Shown here in pieces: positions 1 through 9,576 of a stretch of 64,000 nt of DNA. Source of the stretch: an uncultured delta proteobacterium (GTDB taxonomy: Bacteria > Desulfobacterota > Syntrophia > Syntrophales > UBA5619); assembly GCA_963817385.1 (NCBI GenBank), contig CAWFOM010000025.1:32001-96000 (forward strand). The letters run 5' to 3'. Positions within the stretch are counted from its first letter, which is position 1, and each line of letters opens with the position of its first letter. The notes under the pieces are model-generated. The model was not told the origin of the DNA. It saw nothing but the letters and a program-made list of their open reading frames with translations, and did not search any database. The translations under genes and the position numbers were made by a program.

Positions 1-254
1 CGGCGGGAAGCCTGACGGCCGCCGAATGGCGGAAGGTGGAGAAGGCCGCCGCGGCGGTCCTCTGCCGGGCCGTGGCCTGCCGGGGGACGACGGTCTCCGA
101 CTGGCGGGACCTCTTCGGCATGAGCGGCACGAATCAGGAACACCTGGAGGTCTACTCGCGGGAAGGGGAGCCCTGCCGCCGCTGCGGCGGCAGGATCGAG
201 CGCACGACGATGGCAGGGCGGGGGACCTGGTTCTGCCCGGCCTGTCAGAAATGA
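1..254 (+). CDS. mutM: Formamidopyrimidine-DNA glycosylase, C-terminal part (5' truncated by window)
   Basis: LEVYSREGEPCRRCG...RGTWFCPACQK is the Fpg C-terminal zinc finger, preceded by GTTVSDW loop. Confidence 0.92.
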   Translation, partial: AGSLTAAEWRKVEKAAAAVLCRAVACRGTTVSDWRDLFGMSGTNQEHLEVYSREGEPCRRCGGRIERTTMAGRGTWFCPACQK

Positions 255-319
255 CAACTGGCACCGATGGTATTTTTGGGGATTGATCTCGCCGATCACC
301 GATTACGAGAGGCTCATCG

Positions 320-727
320 GTGGCAAACAAAGAGCTGATTATGGACGAAGAGCTGTTCGAGGACCTCATGCAAAAGCCCTACCGGGCGTGGATCGACCAT
401 TACCTCACGACAATGGACCCGCCGGAGATGGAGCAGGAGCTCGACGCGTTCGTTGGGGAGCTGCCCGATACGGTCTATGAAGCGATGCCCTCTTTCATGG
501 ACGCCGCAACGAAGTTTCTGGTCGGTCAGCCCCGGAGCTGGGATCTGCCGGGTTCGAAGGTTGCCTCCATCATCGCCTCCCTTGCCGACCAGAAGATCCC
601 GGCCGTGGCAAATTTCAGCGGCGATGAACAGGATTCCCTCTATGGGGCTCTCTTCGATGTGGTCACGCTCTTCTTTTCGGTGCGGTCTGCCGAGTCGGAG
701 GAGCTCCGCCAGATCATGGGAATTTAA
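320..727 (+). CDS. Hypothetical acidic protein
   Basis: 135-aa ORF (GTG start) with GAGG upstream and host-like codon usage; no family recognised. Confidence 0.6.
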   Translation: MANKELIMDEELFEDLMQKPYRAWIDHYLTTMDPPEMEQELDAFVGELPDTVYEAMPSFMDAATKFLVGQPRSWDLPGSKVASIIASLADQKIPAVANFSGDEQDSLYGALFDVVTLFFSVRSAESEELRQIMGI

Positions 728-1017
728 AGTTTCGCCTCGACGGACTTGATCTTGCCCTCGATGCGGTTCACCGCCCCCTCGCGGTAATCCATCTGGAGCG
801 TCATGTAGATGCGGCTGCAATCCTTCTTGAGCTCCCTGAAGCAGCTCTCAACGACGGCCATCACCTCATCCCACTCTCCCTCGACGGCGGTGCTCATGGG
901 CCCCAGCTTGTAGGGGAGACCGCTTTCCCGAATGATCCTCACTGATTTTGCCACATAGGGGCTGACGCTCGTACCCTTGTCGGTGGGAAAAATCGAAAAA
1001 TGAATAAGCACACTCAT
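724..1017 (-). CDS. MTH1187/YkoF family thiamine-binding protein
   Basis: FSIFP..KGTSVSPYVA...YKLGPMSTAVEGEWDEVM signature; start placed at MSVLI (1017) after GAGGAGG. Confidence 0.85.
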   Translation of the reverse strand: MSVLIHFSIFPTDKGTSVSPYVAKSVRIIRESGLPYKLGPMSTAVEGEWDEVMAVVESCFRELKKDCSRIYMTLQMDYREGAVNRIEGKIKSVEAKL

Positions 1018-1028
1018 GATGCCTCCTC

Positions 1029-1604
1029 TCATTGTTTCATCATCGAGTCCAAAAGGGTTTCCACCGTGCGACACTGACGGCAGGCGATCAAGCCGTTTCT
1101 ATCGACGAGGACCATTGTCGGGACCCCCCGGACGTCGTAAACGCCGCTCACCGTACCTTCTCGGTCTAACAGTACGCGATAAGGCAGTTGATTCTGAGCG
1201 GTGAACTTGGAGACCTTCTCCTGCGATTCCTGGATGTCGATGTTGACGACCTCCAGCCCCTGCTTTGCGTACGTCGCATGAAGGGATTTGAAGTGGGGGA
1301 TCTCTGCCTTGCAGAAGGTGCACCAGGTCGTGCTGAATATGATCAGGACCGGCCGCTTCCCCCGGTGGTCGCTCAGCCGGAATTTTTGTCCCTTCAGGTC
1401 CGTGAGGACGAAATCCGGGGCCTTCTCCGTGAAGTCAAGGGGCTTCGGTTTAGCGGCCAAGGCGCCGATGGGGAGGGCGAATATGCAGGCAACCAGCACC
1501 ACCGCGGCGACCCTGGTGAATCTCCGGGGGAAAAACGCTACCTTTCCTCCGTCCTGCTGTCGTGTTCCTATTCGTACCATTTTTATTTGTTGATGTGTGT
1601 GCAT
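1029..1604 (-). CDS. TlpA/ResA-like thiol-disulfide oxidoreductase (redoxin)
   Basis: APDFVLTDLKG, WCTFC active site, YDVRGVPT cis-Pro motif, N-terminal hydrophobic anchor; true start may be downstream. Confidence 0.85.
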   Translation of the reverse strand: MHTHQQIKMVRIGTRQQDGGKVAFFPRRFTRVAAVVLVACIFALPIGALAAKPKPLDFTEKAPDFVLTDLKGQKFRLSDHRGKRPVLIIFSTTWCTFCKAEIPHFKSLHATYAKQGLEVVNIDIQESQEKVSKFTAQNQLPYRVLLDREGTVSGVYDVRGVPTMVLVDRNGLIACRQCRTVETLLDSMMKQ

Positions 1605-1615
1605 TATCTCATCTC

Positions 1616-2333
1616 CTAAACCCAGAGCATTCCGGCATTGATCAGAAAGTACTCACCCGTACCGAGGAGTATCCAGCCGAAGGTATGACTGATCCGGACC
1701 ATCCATATACCGGACCTCGGGATGCCGGCCAAAAGGCCGGCAAACGTGCCAACGAGGATGAGCAGGGTTCCCATCCCGATGGCAAAGACAAACATCAGAC
1801 TGGCGGCGAAGGCCACGTTCTGCCGAGTCGCCGCATAGCTCAGAACCACGGCGAGGGCAGGCGCCGTACAGGGGCCCATGACGAGGCCCGAGGCCGCCCC
1901 TACGAGGAAACTGCCCGCCATCCCGGAGGTCTTTTTCCGGGATTGAACCCGCGTGATGAAGTTGGGGGTCCGGATGGGGAGGATAAACGCGTCCATCATC
2001 GATAAACCCATGAGGATGCAGATGTTTCCGATGAAGAAATAGGTCCAGGGGTTGGTCTGGATCTGACCGAAGAGCTTTCCGGAGAGTGCGGCTATGGCGC
2101 CGAGGAGGGTGTACGTGACAGCCATGCCCAGGACGTAGATCAGTGAAAGGACGAATCCCCGGCCCCGTGAACCGCTGCCGTGTGAGCCGATGAAGGCGAT
2201 GGTGATCGGGAGCACCGGGTAGACGCAGGGGGTGAAGCTGACCAGAACGCCCCCAAAGATAGACTGCCAGATAGGAGAGCAGAAAAGACCCCTGCAGATA
2301 CCCGGGCAGGCCATTGATCAAAGTGTCCGCCAT
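1616..2333 (-). CDS. ccdA: CcdA/DsbD transmembrane-domain protein (one frameshift near 2255)
   Basis: SFTPCVYPVLP and GPCTAP motifs; N-terminus MADTLINGL..LAVYL (frame of 1653..2333) joins GGVLVSF frame at a TTT/GGGGG run. Confidence 0.8.
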
Positions 2334-2459
2334 GCGTTACTCTCCTTCGGTAAATAGGGACAGCGTCCCCGGTAACCGCCGCGTACTGCAGACAGCGTGT
2401 CATTTCCCCGGACGGGTGAATGATTGCTTAACATAAACCTTGGGAAAGGTAAAATCTTT

Positions 2460-3566
2460 CTATTTAAGGATGGCCGCTGCCGTACGGCGGAAGATCCGTG
2501 CCGCCGTCGGTTCAGTTGTCCGGAGGGCGCCGAAGGGGCAGATCTCGATGCAGCAATAGCAGCGGATGCAGCGATCGTAGTCGAAGCAAAACGATTGCTC
2601 ATCCGACGTGATCGCCTTCGCCGGACAGATCTTCCCGCATTCCCCGCACGTGCGGCAGAGAGCCCTGTCGCAGACCGGTCGCTGGAGGAGCTGACGCCTG
2701 ATGAAGCCGTGGAGGAATCGCGGACCATAGATGAGGGGGGTCAGGCGGGGCAGGCGAAAGCCCCGGATTTCGGGGAGGGGGCCGTCGATCTTCGGCTCCA
2801 CCAGGAGGCCCTCCATCTCTGCGGCAGCCTTCAGGATCGGGACCTGTCCCGGGTCGAGACCGATCATCCGGCAGACGGCGAGATCGACGGCAAACGGGTC
2901 TCGCCCGGCCATGAGAACGCCGAGCGTCTTCGGGACGCCCCCCCTGCCGGGGCCTTCCCCCTCCAGGGCTACAATGCCGTCGAGGATGTTGAACGACGGT
3001 CGGATGGTCCTTGCGAGATGGACCAGGAGCCGGGCGAACATCTGCCGGTCGGCGCCGGCCCGCATGTGCCATTCCGGCTTCCGGTAGCCGACGATGCAGC
3101 CGAAGAGGTTCTTGGTGGCGAGGGTGAGGAGCATCTGGCTATGGGTCTTGAGCTTGGCGAGGTTGATGATCGCATCCGCCCGGATGGCGTCCTCGGCGAT
3201 TGCGATTGCACCGAATGGCCCGCCGATATCGATGTTGACCGAATTCTGAAAGGGTCGGCATTCGACATCGAGCCCCTGAAGGGCGTCGCGGATGCCGCTT
3301 ATTTGGAGGATCTTCTCGAAGGATCCGATCGCGGGGCTGTCGGCGACGAACGGTTTCGCCCCTTTTCCCAGGACATACTCCGCAACGATCCGGATAATCG
3401 CCGGGTGGGTCAGGATGGCTTGATGCGGTGCCGCCGGGGAGAGAAGATTCGGCTTGATCAGGACGCGGCTGCCTCCGGGGATTTCGGCCCCCCCCATTGC
3501 CTCCATCATCTCGAAGATCAGCGGTCGGAGCACGGCATGTTCATAGGTTGCATGTCTGACAATCAC
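2460..3566 (-). CDS. DUF362 domain protein with C-terminal 2x[4Fe-4S] ferredoxin domain
   Basis: VLIKPNLL, THP, KLKTH..LTLATKNLFG motifs; CRTCGECGKICP and CIRCYCCIEICP. Confidence 0.85.
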   Translation of the reverse strand: MIVRHATYEHAVLRPLIFEMMEAMGGAEIPGGSRVLIKPNLLSPAAPHQAILTHPAIIRIVAEYVLGKGAKPFVADSPAIGSFEKILQISGIRDALQGLDVECRPFQNSVNIDIGGPFGAIAIAEDAIRADAIINLAKLKTHSQMLLTLATKNLFGCIVGYRKPEWHMRAGADRQMFARLLVHLARTIRPSFNILDGIVALEGEGPGRGGVPKTLGVLMAGRDPFAVDLAVCRMIGLDPGQVPILKAAAEMEGLLVEPKIDGPLPEIRGFRLPRLTPLIYGPRFLHGFIRRQLLQRPVCDRALCRTCGECGKICPAKAITSDEQSFCFDYDRCIRCYCCIEICPFGALRTTEPTAARIFRRTAAAILK

Positions 3567-3768
3567 GAGGGAACATCGGTCATCAATACTCCTGGTGTGC
3601 GGGTCGTAGAGGGAGGGGATGCATCCCTATCCCCCGGTTTCTTTTGCGCATGGTACCCGAAAATCATTCGACCGGCAATGAAGGATTTGATTTATCAGGA
3701 TCAACGAGGTTCTCTATTTTTTACGGCGGATCAAGGAAGAGTGGGAAATATGGGGAGGGATTGTTACG

Positions 3769-3810
3769 GAAGGGGAGAAAGGGCGGCAAGAACCGCCCCG
3801 CCCCCCTTCC
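3769..3810 (-). terminator. GC-rich hairpin downstream of the AtoE-like gene
   Basis: GAAGGGG..GGGCGG-CAAGAA-CCGCCC..CCCCTTC inverted repeat just after the stop; U-tract weak. Confidence 0.35.
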
Positions 3811-3827
3811 GCAATTCGCACCGCGCT

Positions 3828-5183
3828 TTATAGCACCTTGAACCCTATGAGCAAGGAAAAGATGCTCATGATGATACCGCTATAGATGAGCGTCACCGTG
3901 GTGTAGCCCATGATGTCCCGGGCAGAGAGGCCCGCGAGTCCGAGGAGGGGGAGCGCCCAGAAGGGCTGGATCATGTTGGTCCACTGGTCCCCCCAGGCCA
4001 CCATCATGGCCGACCGGACCGGATCGATTCCCATCATCTTGGCGGCCTCCATCGTGATCGGTCCCTGGGCGGCCCACTGCCCGCCGCCGGACGGGATGAA
4101 CATGTTGATCACCCCGGCGGCCCAGAACTGGAACATGTAGAAGGTCTCAGGCGACGAGATGGCCACGAACCAGCCGGCGATGACCTTCGCCAGACCCGTC
4201 CCGACCATGACCCCCTGGATTCCACCGTAGAGCGGGAACTGCAGGGCGATTCCCCCGGCCCCCTTGATGGCCGTGTTGACCGCCTTGATGTAGTTGACCG
4301 GTTTGCCGTGGAGAATCACCCCGACGATGAAGAAGATAAAAATGACGATGTTGAGGTTCAGATCGAACCCTTTCGTGGAGAAGTGGTAGTACAGATAACA
4401 GAGGCCCATCAGACCGAAGATCATGTTGATCGCATAACTGTGGTCGATCCGGTCCGCGAGGGTGGGGTTTTGCGGCCTCTCCACGTGCGGACAGTCGCCG
4501 CACAACTCCGTGAGTTTATCTTCCGGGATCGTCTGGATCTCGTCCGCTTTGGGGTGGATCATGGCCATGAGGATCGGTATCGTGACGACGAGCAGGATCG
4601 CCGGCAGGACGTTAAAAGGCTGAAAGATGCTCTGGGAGATGGGCACAACCGCTCCGGTCATCTTCTCGATAAAGTTCTGGGGGAGCTTCGCCGTGGCGAT
4701 GGCCAGGGGGATGGAACCGGAGAGCCCCATATGCCAGACCACGTACCCGCTGTAGGCGGAGGCGATCAGGAAGGGGAAGTCGGCCTGCCTGGTCTTTTTA
4801 GCGACCTGAAGGGCCAGCAGCCCGCCCACGATCAGACCGAAGCCCCAGTTGATCAACGAGCAGATTCCCGTCACGAAGGCGACGATCATCCCTCCCTTGA
4901 CCGGGGTGTTTCCGATCCCGGCAACCCAAACCAAAATCCGGTTGACGGCCGGGGTCAGCGCCAGGCAGTGGCCCGTGACCAGGATCAGGATCATCTGGAA
5001 GGCAAAGGCGACGATGCCGTAGATGCCGTCCCCCCAACTGGTGATCAGCTTCATGAAACCGGCGGGCGTGAAGATAAGGGCCAAAACAGCGGAAAGGAAC
5101 GTAAGCAGGATTGCGAAGAGATAGGCGTCGGGAAGGTAGTGTTTCATCAGGTACGTGAAAAAAGAAGCCAAACGTTTCAACAT
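3828..5183 (-). CDS. atoE: Short-chain fatty acid transporter, AtoE family
   Basis: LPDAYLFAILLT, QFPLYGGI, PSGGGQWA, WGDQWTNMIQPFWALP motifs. Confidence 0.85.
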   Translation of the reverse strand: MLKRLASFFTYLMKHYLPDAYLFAILLTFLSAVLALIFTPAGFMKLITSWGDGIYGIVAFAFQMILILVTGHCLALTPAVNRILVWVAGIGNTPVKGGMIVAFVTGICSLINWGFGLIVGGLLALQVAKKTRQADFPFLIASAYSGYVVWHMGLSGSIPLAIATAKLPQNFIEKMTGAVVPISQSIFQPFNVLPAILLVVTIPILMAMIHPKADEIQTIPEDKLTELCGDCPHVERPQNPTLADRIDHSYAINMIFGLMGLCYLYYHFSTKGFDLNLNIVIFIFFIVGVILHGKPVNYIKAVNTAIKGAGGIALQFPLYGGIQGVMVGTGLAKVIAGWFVAISSPETFYMFQFWAAGVINMFIPSGGGQWAAQGPITMEAAKMMGIDPVRSAMMVAWGDQWTNMIQPFWALPLLGLAGLSARDIMGYTTVTLIYSGIIMSIFSLLIGFKVL

Positions 5184-5286
5184 AGTGATGTCCTCCTTTT
5201 CTTGATTAATATCCTCCTATTTTTAATCGACTGCAGGCGGTCCCTTAGGCCGTCCCGCAGCCCCTCCGCTTTTGGTTCTCCTTCCT

Positions 5287-6063
5287 TTAATGGGCGGTCC
5301 AGCCGCCGTCAATATGCAGGATGTGACCCGTGACCATGTCCGAAGCGTCGGAAGCCAGGAAGATGAGCCCCCCGGTCAGGTCCTCGGGTTTGCAGAGTCT
5401 GCCCAGGAGAATGTTGCCCATAACGTAGTCCCGGAAGGATTTTTCCTCCAACATGGGACGGGTCATCGGCGTCTCCACGAATGTGGGCGCGAGGGCGTTC
5501 ACGCAAATATTGTGCTTGCCCCATTCCAGGGCGAGCACTCGGGTGAGCTGATTGACGGCGCCTTTGCTGGAGCAATAGGCAGACCGCTTGATCAGGCCGA
5601 CGCTGCCGGACTGGGATGAGATGTTGATGATCTTTCCTTTCTGTTGTCGGATCATCACCTTGCCTACGGTCTGGGCGCAGAAGAAAACCCCTTTCACGTT
5701 GATGTTCATGACCCGATCCCAGGCTTCTTCGGTCACCTCTTCGGCCCACTGGGGTACGTTCATCCCGGCGTTGTTGACCAGGATGTCGATGCGGCCGAAG
5801 CGCTCCACGGCCATTGCGGTCATCCGCTCGATCTCCGCGATGATTCCAACATCCGTCGGCACCACCAGCGCCTTTCTTCCCAGGGCCGCTACCTCGTCGC
5901 GCACCTGTTCGAGTTCCGAAAGGGTCCTGCTGCAGAGCACGACGTCCGCCCCGTAGCGGGCGAGATCGAGGGCCATATATCGGCCCATCCCCCGTCCGGC
6001 GCCCGTGACGACGGCCACCTTGCCGGACAGGTCAAACTCCGGGCAGCAAATCCTGTCGTTCAT
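5287..6063 (-). CDS. Short-chain dehydrogenase/reductase
   Basis: TGAGRGMG, NNAG, YCSSK catalytic motif, DGGW C-terminus. Confidence 0.9.
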   Translation of the reverse strand: MNDRICCPEFDLSGKVAVVTGAGRGMGRYMALDLARYGADVVLCSRTLSELEQVRDEVAALGRKALVVPTDVGIIAEIERMTAMAVERFGRIDILVNNAGMNVPQWAEEVTEEAWDRVMNINVKGVFFCAQTVGKVMIRQQKGKIINISSQSGSVGLIKRSAYCSSKGAVNQLTRVLALEWGKHNICVNALAPTFVETPMTRPMLEEKSFRDYVMGNILLGRLCKPEDLTGGLIFLASDASDMVTGHILHIDGGWTAH

Positions 6064-6084
6064 AAGCCCTCCTGAAGGGAATCG

Positions 6085-7917
6085 TTAAAGCCCCAATTGC
6101 CGGAGCTTTTCGGGTGTCGGCAGGCCCTCTTCGCTCCAACCCCGGTATTCGTAATAGTCGGCAAGCAGTCGTCCCATTGGCGGCAACTGGGTGGTAATCC
6201 CCTCGCCCTTGCGGTTGTGGGTCAAGAAACGGGGGGGAAGGAAATCGTCCTTCCGGCTGACGCCCAGGCGGGTGTTGAACAGCCGTTTGAGATTGAAGAT
6301 CCGCTCTCCGATCGTCATCAGTTCTCCGATATCCACCTGCCGGCCGGTGATCAGGTTGTACCAGTCGACAATGTTCGTGGCAGTCACGGCCTTCCCCACC
6401 TGGGTAAAACGGCAGATGATCAGGGTATCGTTCATGGTCTGATAGGTCTGCATCTTGGCGGTCATCTCGGCCGTGCCTTCCACCTGACAGGAAGGATGGG
6501 GTTTGTCGAGGCCGATTTCGGACATAAACAGAGCCAGCTCGTACGGATGGCTCCAGCTCGCGTTGTGGCAGGCGCCTCGGGCCGCAGTACCGTAAGACAG
6601 AGCCTGGCTCCAGAACCGCCGCGGATCGTGGGCCGAAGGCTCAAGCCCCTTGACATGCATGGCGAATTCAAGGGCGTTGCGTCCCAGGGCGCGGGCCATG
6701 CGCAGAACCCCTTCTCCCATGAGTTCCCCGATCCCTTGCCGGAGGCCGATTTTCCTGGTCATTTCCACCAGCGCCTCGCCGCTGCCCCAGCGGAGTTCGA
6801 TCCCGTCGGTGTCCGCGGTCGTGATCAATCCCTTTTCGAACGCCTCCATGGCAAAGGCGATCACGGACCCGGTCGACATGGTATCGAGCCCGAAGCGGTT
6901 GCACAGGTCATTTGCCTTGCAGATGGCGGCCAAATCCTGGACCAGACATTCGCCGCCCATGGTGCCGATGGTTTCGTATTCGGGACCCTCGCCGTCCACC
7001 GGCCCATAAGGCCCATCTTCGATCCGGATATGACGGCCGCAGGCGATGGGGCACTGCAGGCAGGCTGTTCTTCCCTTCAGGATAGTGTCGTGCATCGTGA
7101 CCCCGGAGATCTTGACCGCATCGGCCCAGCGACTGCCCCGCCAGTTCTGGAGGGGGAAGTTTCCCAATTTCTCGTAATTTTCCACGCCGCCCGAGGTTCC
7201 GTATTTTCCGAAGGTCTCGGTCGCTTTCCGGACATGGGGCAGGATGGTTTTCATCTGTTCCTTGAGGCCGTCCTCATGGGCCTGTCTGACCGTTTGGGTT
7301 CCGTAGGCCACCATGGCCTTAAGGTTCTTTGAACCCATGACCGCACCCAGCCCGCAGCGCGCCGCCTGCCGGACGATCGTTCCCACGTGGGGAATGCCGG
7401 CGATCCGGACCATCCGCTCACCCGCAGGACCGATCACCGCCGCGCTGGCCTTATCCGTCGTCTGCCCTTTGAGCCACTCGGCCGACTCGATGGAATCCTT
7501 GCCCATGATGGGGCTCGCATCCCGGATCTCCACCCCCCCGTCATGAATCCACAGGTAAACGGGTGTATCGGCCTTCCCGGTCACGACAATCCCGTCGTAT
7601 CCGGTTTTCTTGAAATGGACTGCCCAGGAGCCGCCGACGTTCGACTCGCCTAAGATGCCTGTGAGTGGCGAACGTCCCATGACATGATGCCGGCTCGAGG
7701 AGGGAACCCGGCTGTCGGTGAAGGGGCCGGTCATCGCTGCCAGGATATTCTCCGGGCCGAGAGGATCGGTATCGGAGGTTGTCTCGTCATAGAGCAGCCT
7801 TACCCCCAAACCAACGCCGCCTACATATTTTTCCAGCAGGGAATCATCCAAGTCCCGGACCTCCGTCTTACGTCCGGTCAAATCAACCCTTAAAATCTTC
7901 TTGTGGTAGCCGAACAT
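6085..7917 (-). CDS. Aldehyde:ferredoxin oxidoreductase (tungstopterin AOR family)
   Basis: GAVMGSKNLKA, CLQCPIAC, EGPEYET, GLDTMS, RGACH, YYEYRGW motifs. Confidence 0.93.
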   Translation of the reverse strand: MFGYHKKILRVDLTGRKTEVRDLDDSLLEKYVGGVGLGVRLLYDETTSDTDPLGPENILAAMTGPFTDSRVPSSSRHHVMGRSPLTGILGESNVGGSWAVHFKKTGYDGIVVTGKADTPVYLWIHDGGVEIRDASPIMGKDSIESAEWLKGQTTDKASAAVIGPAGERMVRIAGIPHVGTIVRQAARCGLGAVMGSKNLKAMVAYGTQTVRQAHEDGLKEQMKTILPHVRKATETFGKYGTSGGVENYEKLGNFPLQNWRGSRWADAVKISGVTMHDTILKGRTACLQCPIACGRHIRIEDGPYGPVDGEGPEYETIGTMGGECLVQDLAAICKANDLCNRFGLDTMSTGSVIAFAMEAFEKGLITTADTDGIELRWGSGEALVEMTRKIGLRQGIGELMGEGVLRMARALGRNALEFAMHVKGLEPSAHDPRRFWSQALSYGTAARGACHNASWSHPYELALFMSEIGLDKPHPSCQVEGTAEMTAKMQTYQTMNDTLIICRFTQVGKAVTATNIVDWYNLITGRQVDIGELMTIGERIFNLKRLFNTRLGVSRKDDFLPPRFLTHNRKGEGITTQLPPMGRLLADYYEYRGWSEEGLPTPEKLRQLGL

Positions 7918-7936
7918 GGTATCGTCCTCTTTCCGG

Positions 7937-8200
7937 TCAGCCGCCCGTCGCCGGCAGCAGAACCTTTATTGTTTCGTCATTATCGATCATGTCATCGAGC
8001 CTCAGGAGCCGTGCCTTGTTGAAAAACATAACATGGGCCCAGAGTTCGACATCGGAAACCGAGTGGTCGTGGTGAATCATCTTGATAAGGTCGGGAGGAA
8101 AGCGGCCGATCAGCGCCCGCAACGAGACGGGGCTCGAAATCGAAAATTCGAGTTCCTCTCCTACCACTTTGATAAAAGGATCGGAAAAGAGAAACCGCAT
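7937..8200 (-). CDS. MoaD/ThiS family sulfur-carrier protein
   Basis: 87-aa ubiquitin-like ORF ending LLPATGG, adjacent to AOR. Confidence 0.8.
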   Translation of the reverse strand: MRFLFSDPFIKVVGEELEFSISSPVSLRALIGRFPPDLIKMIHHDHSVSDVELWAHVMFFNKARLLRLDDMIDNDETIKVLLPATGG

Positions 8201-8211
8201 CCGGATCGTCC

Positions 8212-9372
8212 TCAGAATGCTTTTTCGTACACCTTCTCGGAGTCTTTCGCCGTCATCCTTCTCGGGTTGTTGGCCATGAGGCGCGTAACGTTGATGGAAG
8301 CGGCCGCCATTGCGGGAATGGCTGATCGGGGGATATTGAGTTCGGTCAGCGTCACGGGCATATCGATATCCCGCATGAGGTTCTTGACTGCTTCGACGGA
8401 GCGGAAAGCCGCCTCCACCGGTGACAGGTGCTCCACCCGCTCGCCCAAAAGCCGTGCGACCTCCGCAAACTTGAAGACGTCGCCGGGGGCATTGAACTCC
8501 ATGACATGGGGCAGCAGGATGCCGTTGGCGATTCCATGAGGAACGTTGAACTGCCCTCCGAGCGGATATGCCAAGGCATGAACGGCCCCCACTCCGGCAT
8601 TGGCCAGGGAGATTCCCGCGTAGAGGCTGCCGATCGACATATCGTACCGCGCATCCCGCCGATCGCCCCGGGCCACTGCGGTCCGGAGGCTTTTACCGAT
8701 GAGCCGGATGGCCTCCCGGGCGTACATGTCGGTCAGCGGCATGGCATTCATGGAGGTGTAGGATTCGATGGCGTGGGTAAGCGCATCCATGCCGGTAAAG
8801 GAGGTTACACGGGAAGGCATGGAGAGGGTCAGCTCCGGATCGACCACCGCTGCTCGGGGGAGGATATAAGGGCTGACGATCCCCTTTTTGAGCTTGGCGG
8901 CCGTATCGGTCAATATGGCGTTGGGAGTTACCTCGGCCCCGGTGCCGGCGGTCGTTGCCACCAAAAAGGTGGGGATCCCCTGCTTTTTCAGCAGATTAAC
9001 GCCGAAGTACTCATTCACGCTGCCGGGATTCGTGCAGAGGGTCGAGGTAACCGAGGCGATATCCATGGCGCTGCCGCCGCCGACGCCGACGATCAGGTCG
9101 TACCGGCCGGCCTTGGCCGTATCGATACACTTCTCACAGCAGGCGATATCGGGATCGGAGATGACCTGATCGAAAACGTCTACGGCGATCTTCTGATCCG
9201 CCAGCACCTTTTCGACCTTCGCACTGATTCCCGAGGCGATAATGCCCTTATCGGTGACCAGAAGCGCCTTCTTTGCTTCTAGGTTCCCCGCCTCTTCGCC
9301 CATCTTTTCGAGCGCGCCGAAACCGGCGAGTATGAGGTTCGGTGATTTGAGCATGATCAGTTTGCGGTCCAT
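8212..9372 (-). CDS. Iron-containing alcohol dehydrogenase
   Basis: GGGSAMD, TTAGTGAEVT, GMDALTHAIE, HALAY, PHG motifs. Confidence 0.93.
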   Translation of the reverse strand: MDRKLIMLKSPNLILAGFGALEKMGEEAGNLEAKKALLVTDKGIIASGISAKVEKVLADQKIAVDVFDQVISDPDIACCEKCIDTAKAGRYDLIVGVGGGSAMDIASVTSTLCTNPGSVNEYFGVNLLKKQGIPTFLVATTAGTGAEVTPNAILTDTAAKLKKGIVSPYILPRAAVVDPELTLSMPSRVTSFTGMDALTHAIESYTSMNAMPLTDMYAREAIRLIGKSLRTAVARGDRRDARYDMSIGSLYAGISLANAGVGAVHALAYPLGGQFNVPHGIANGILLPHVMEFNAPGDVFKFAEVARLLGERVEHLSPVEAAFRSVEAVKNLMRDIDMPVTLTELNIPRSAIPAMAAASINVTRLMANNPRRMTAKDSEKVYEKAF

Positions 9373-9467
9373 GGCTAATCCTCCTCGGCATGGGTTAAAC
9401 AGTCGTTCGTTTCCAACGCGGCTATAGATATTTCACAACGGTGGAATTTGTCAATGAAAATGAGAAG

Positions 9468-9574
9468 CCCGGTGATCGTGGCAAATATCTCCCGGACCAT
9501 GCCGACGTGCTCATCGAGCTGATGCCGGCCACCGAGGGATAGCGGCGCCTGTCCGGATGCTTTTGTGTCTCCAT
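9468..9574 (-). pseudogene. Possible 5' stub of a UbiE/MenG methyltransferase gene
   Basis: After thyX stop: METQKHPDRRRYPSVAGIS then, one frame over, DEHVGMVREIFATITG, resembling the UbiE 'V..IF..I..RYD' N-terminus; ends abruptly in AT-rich promoter DNA. Confidence 0.4.
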
Positions 9575-9576
9575 GC

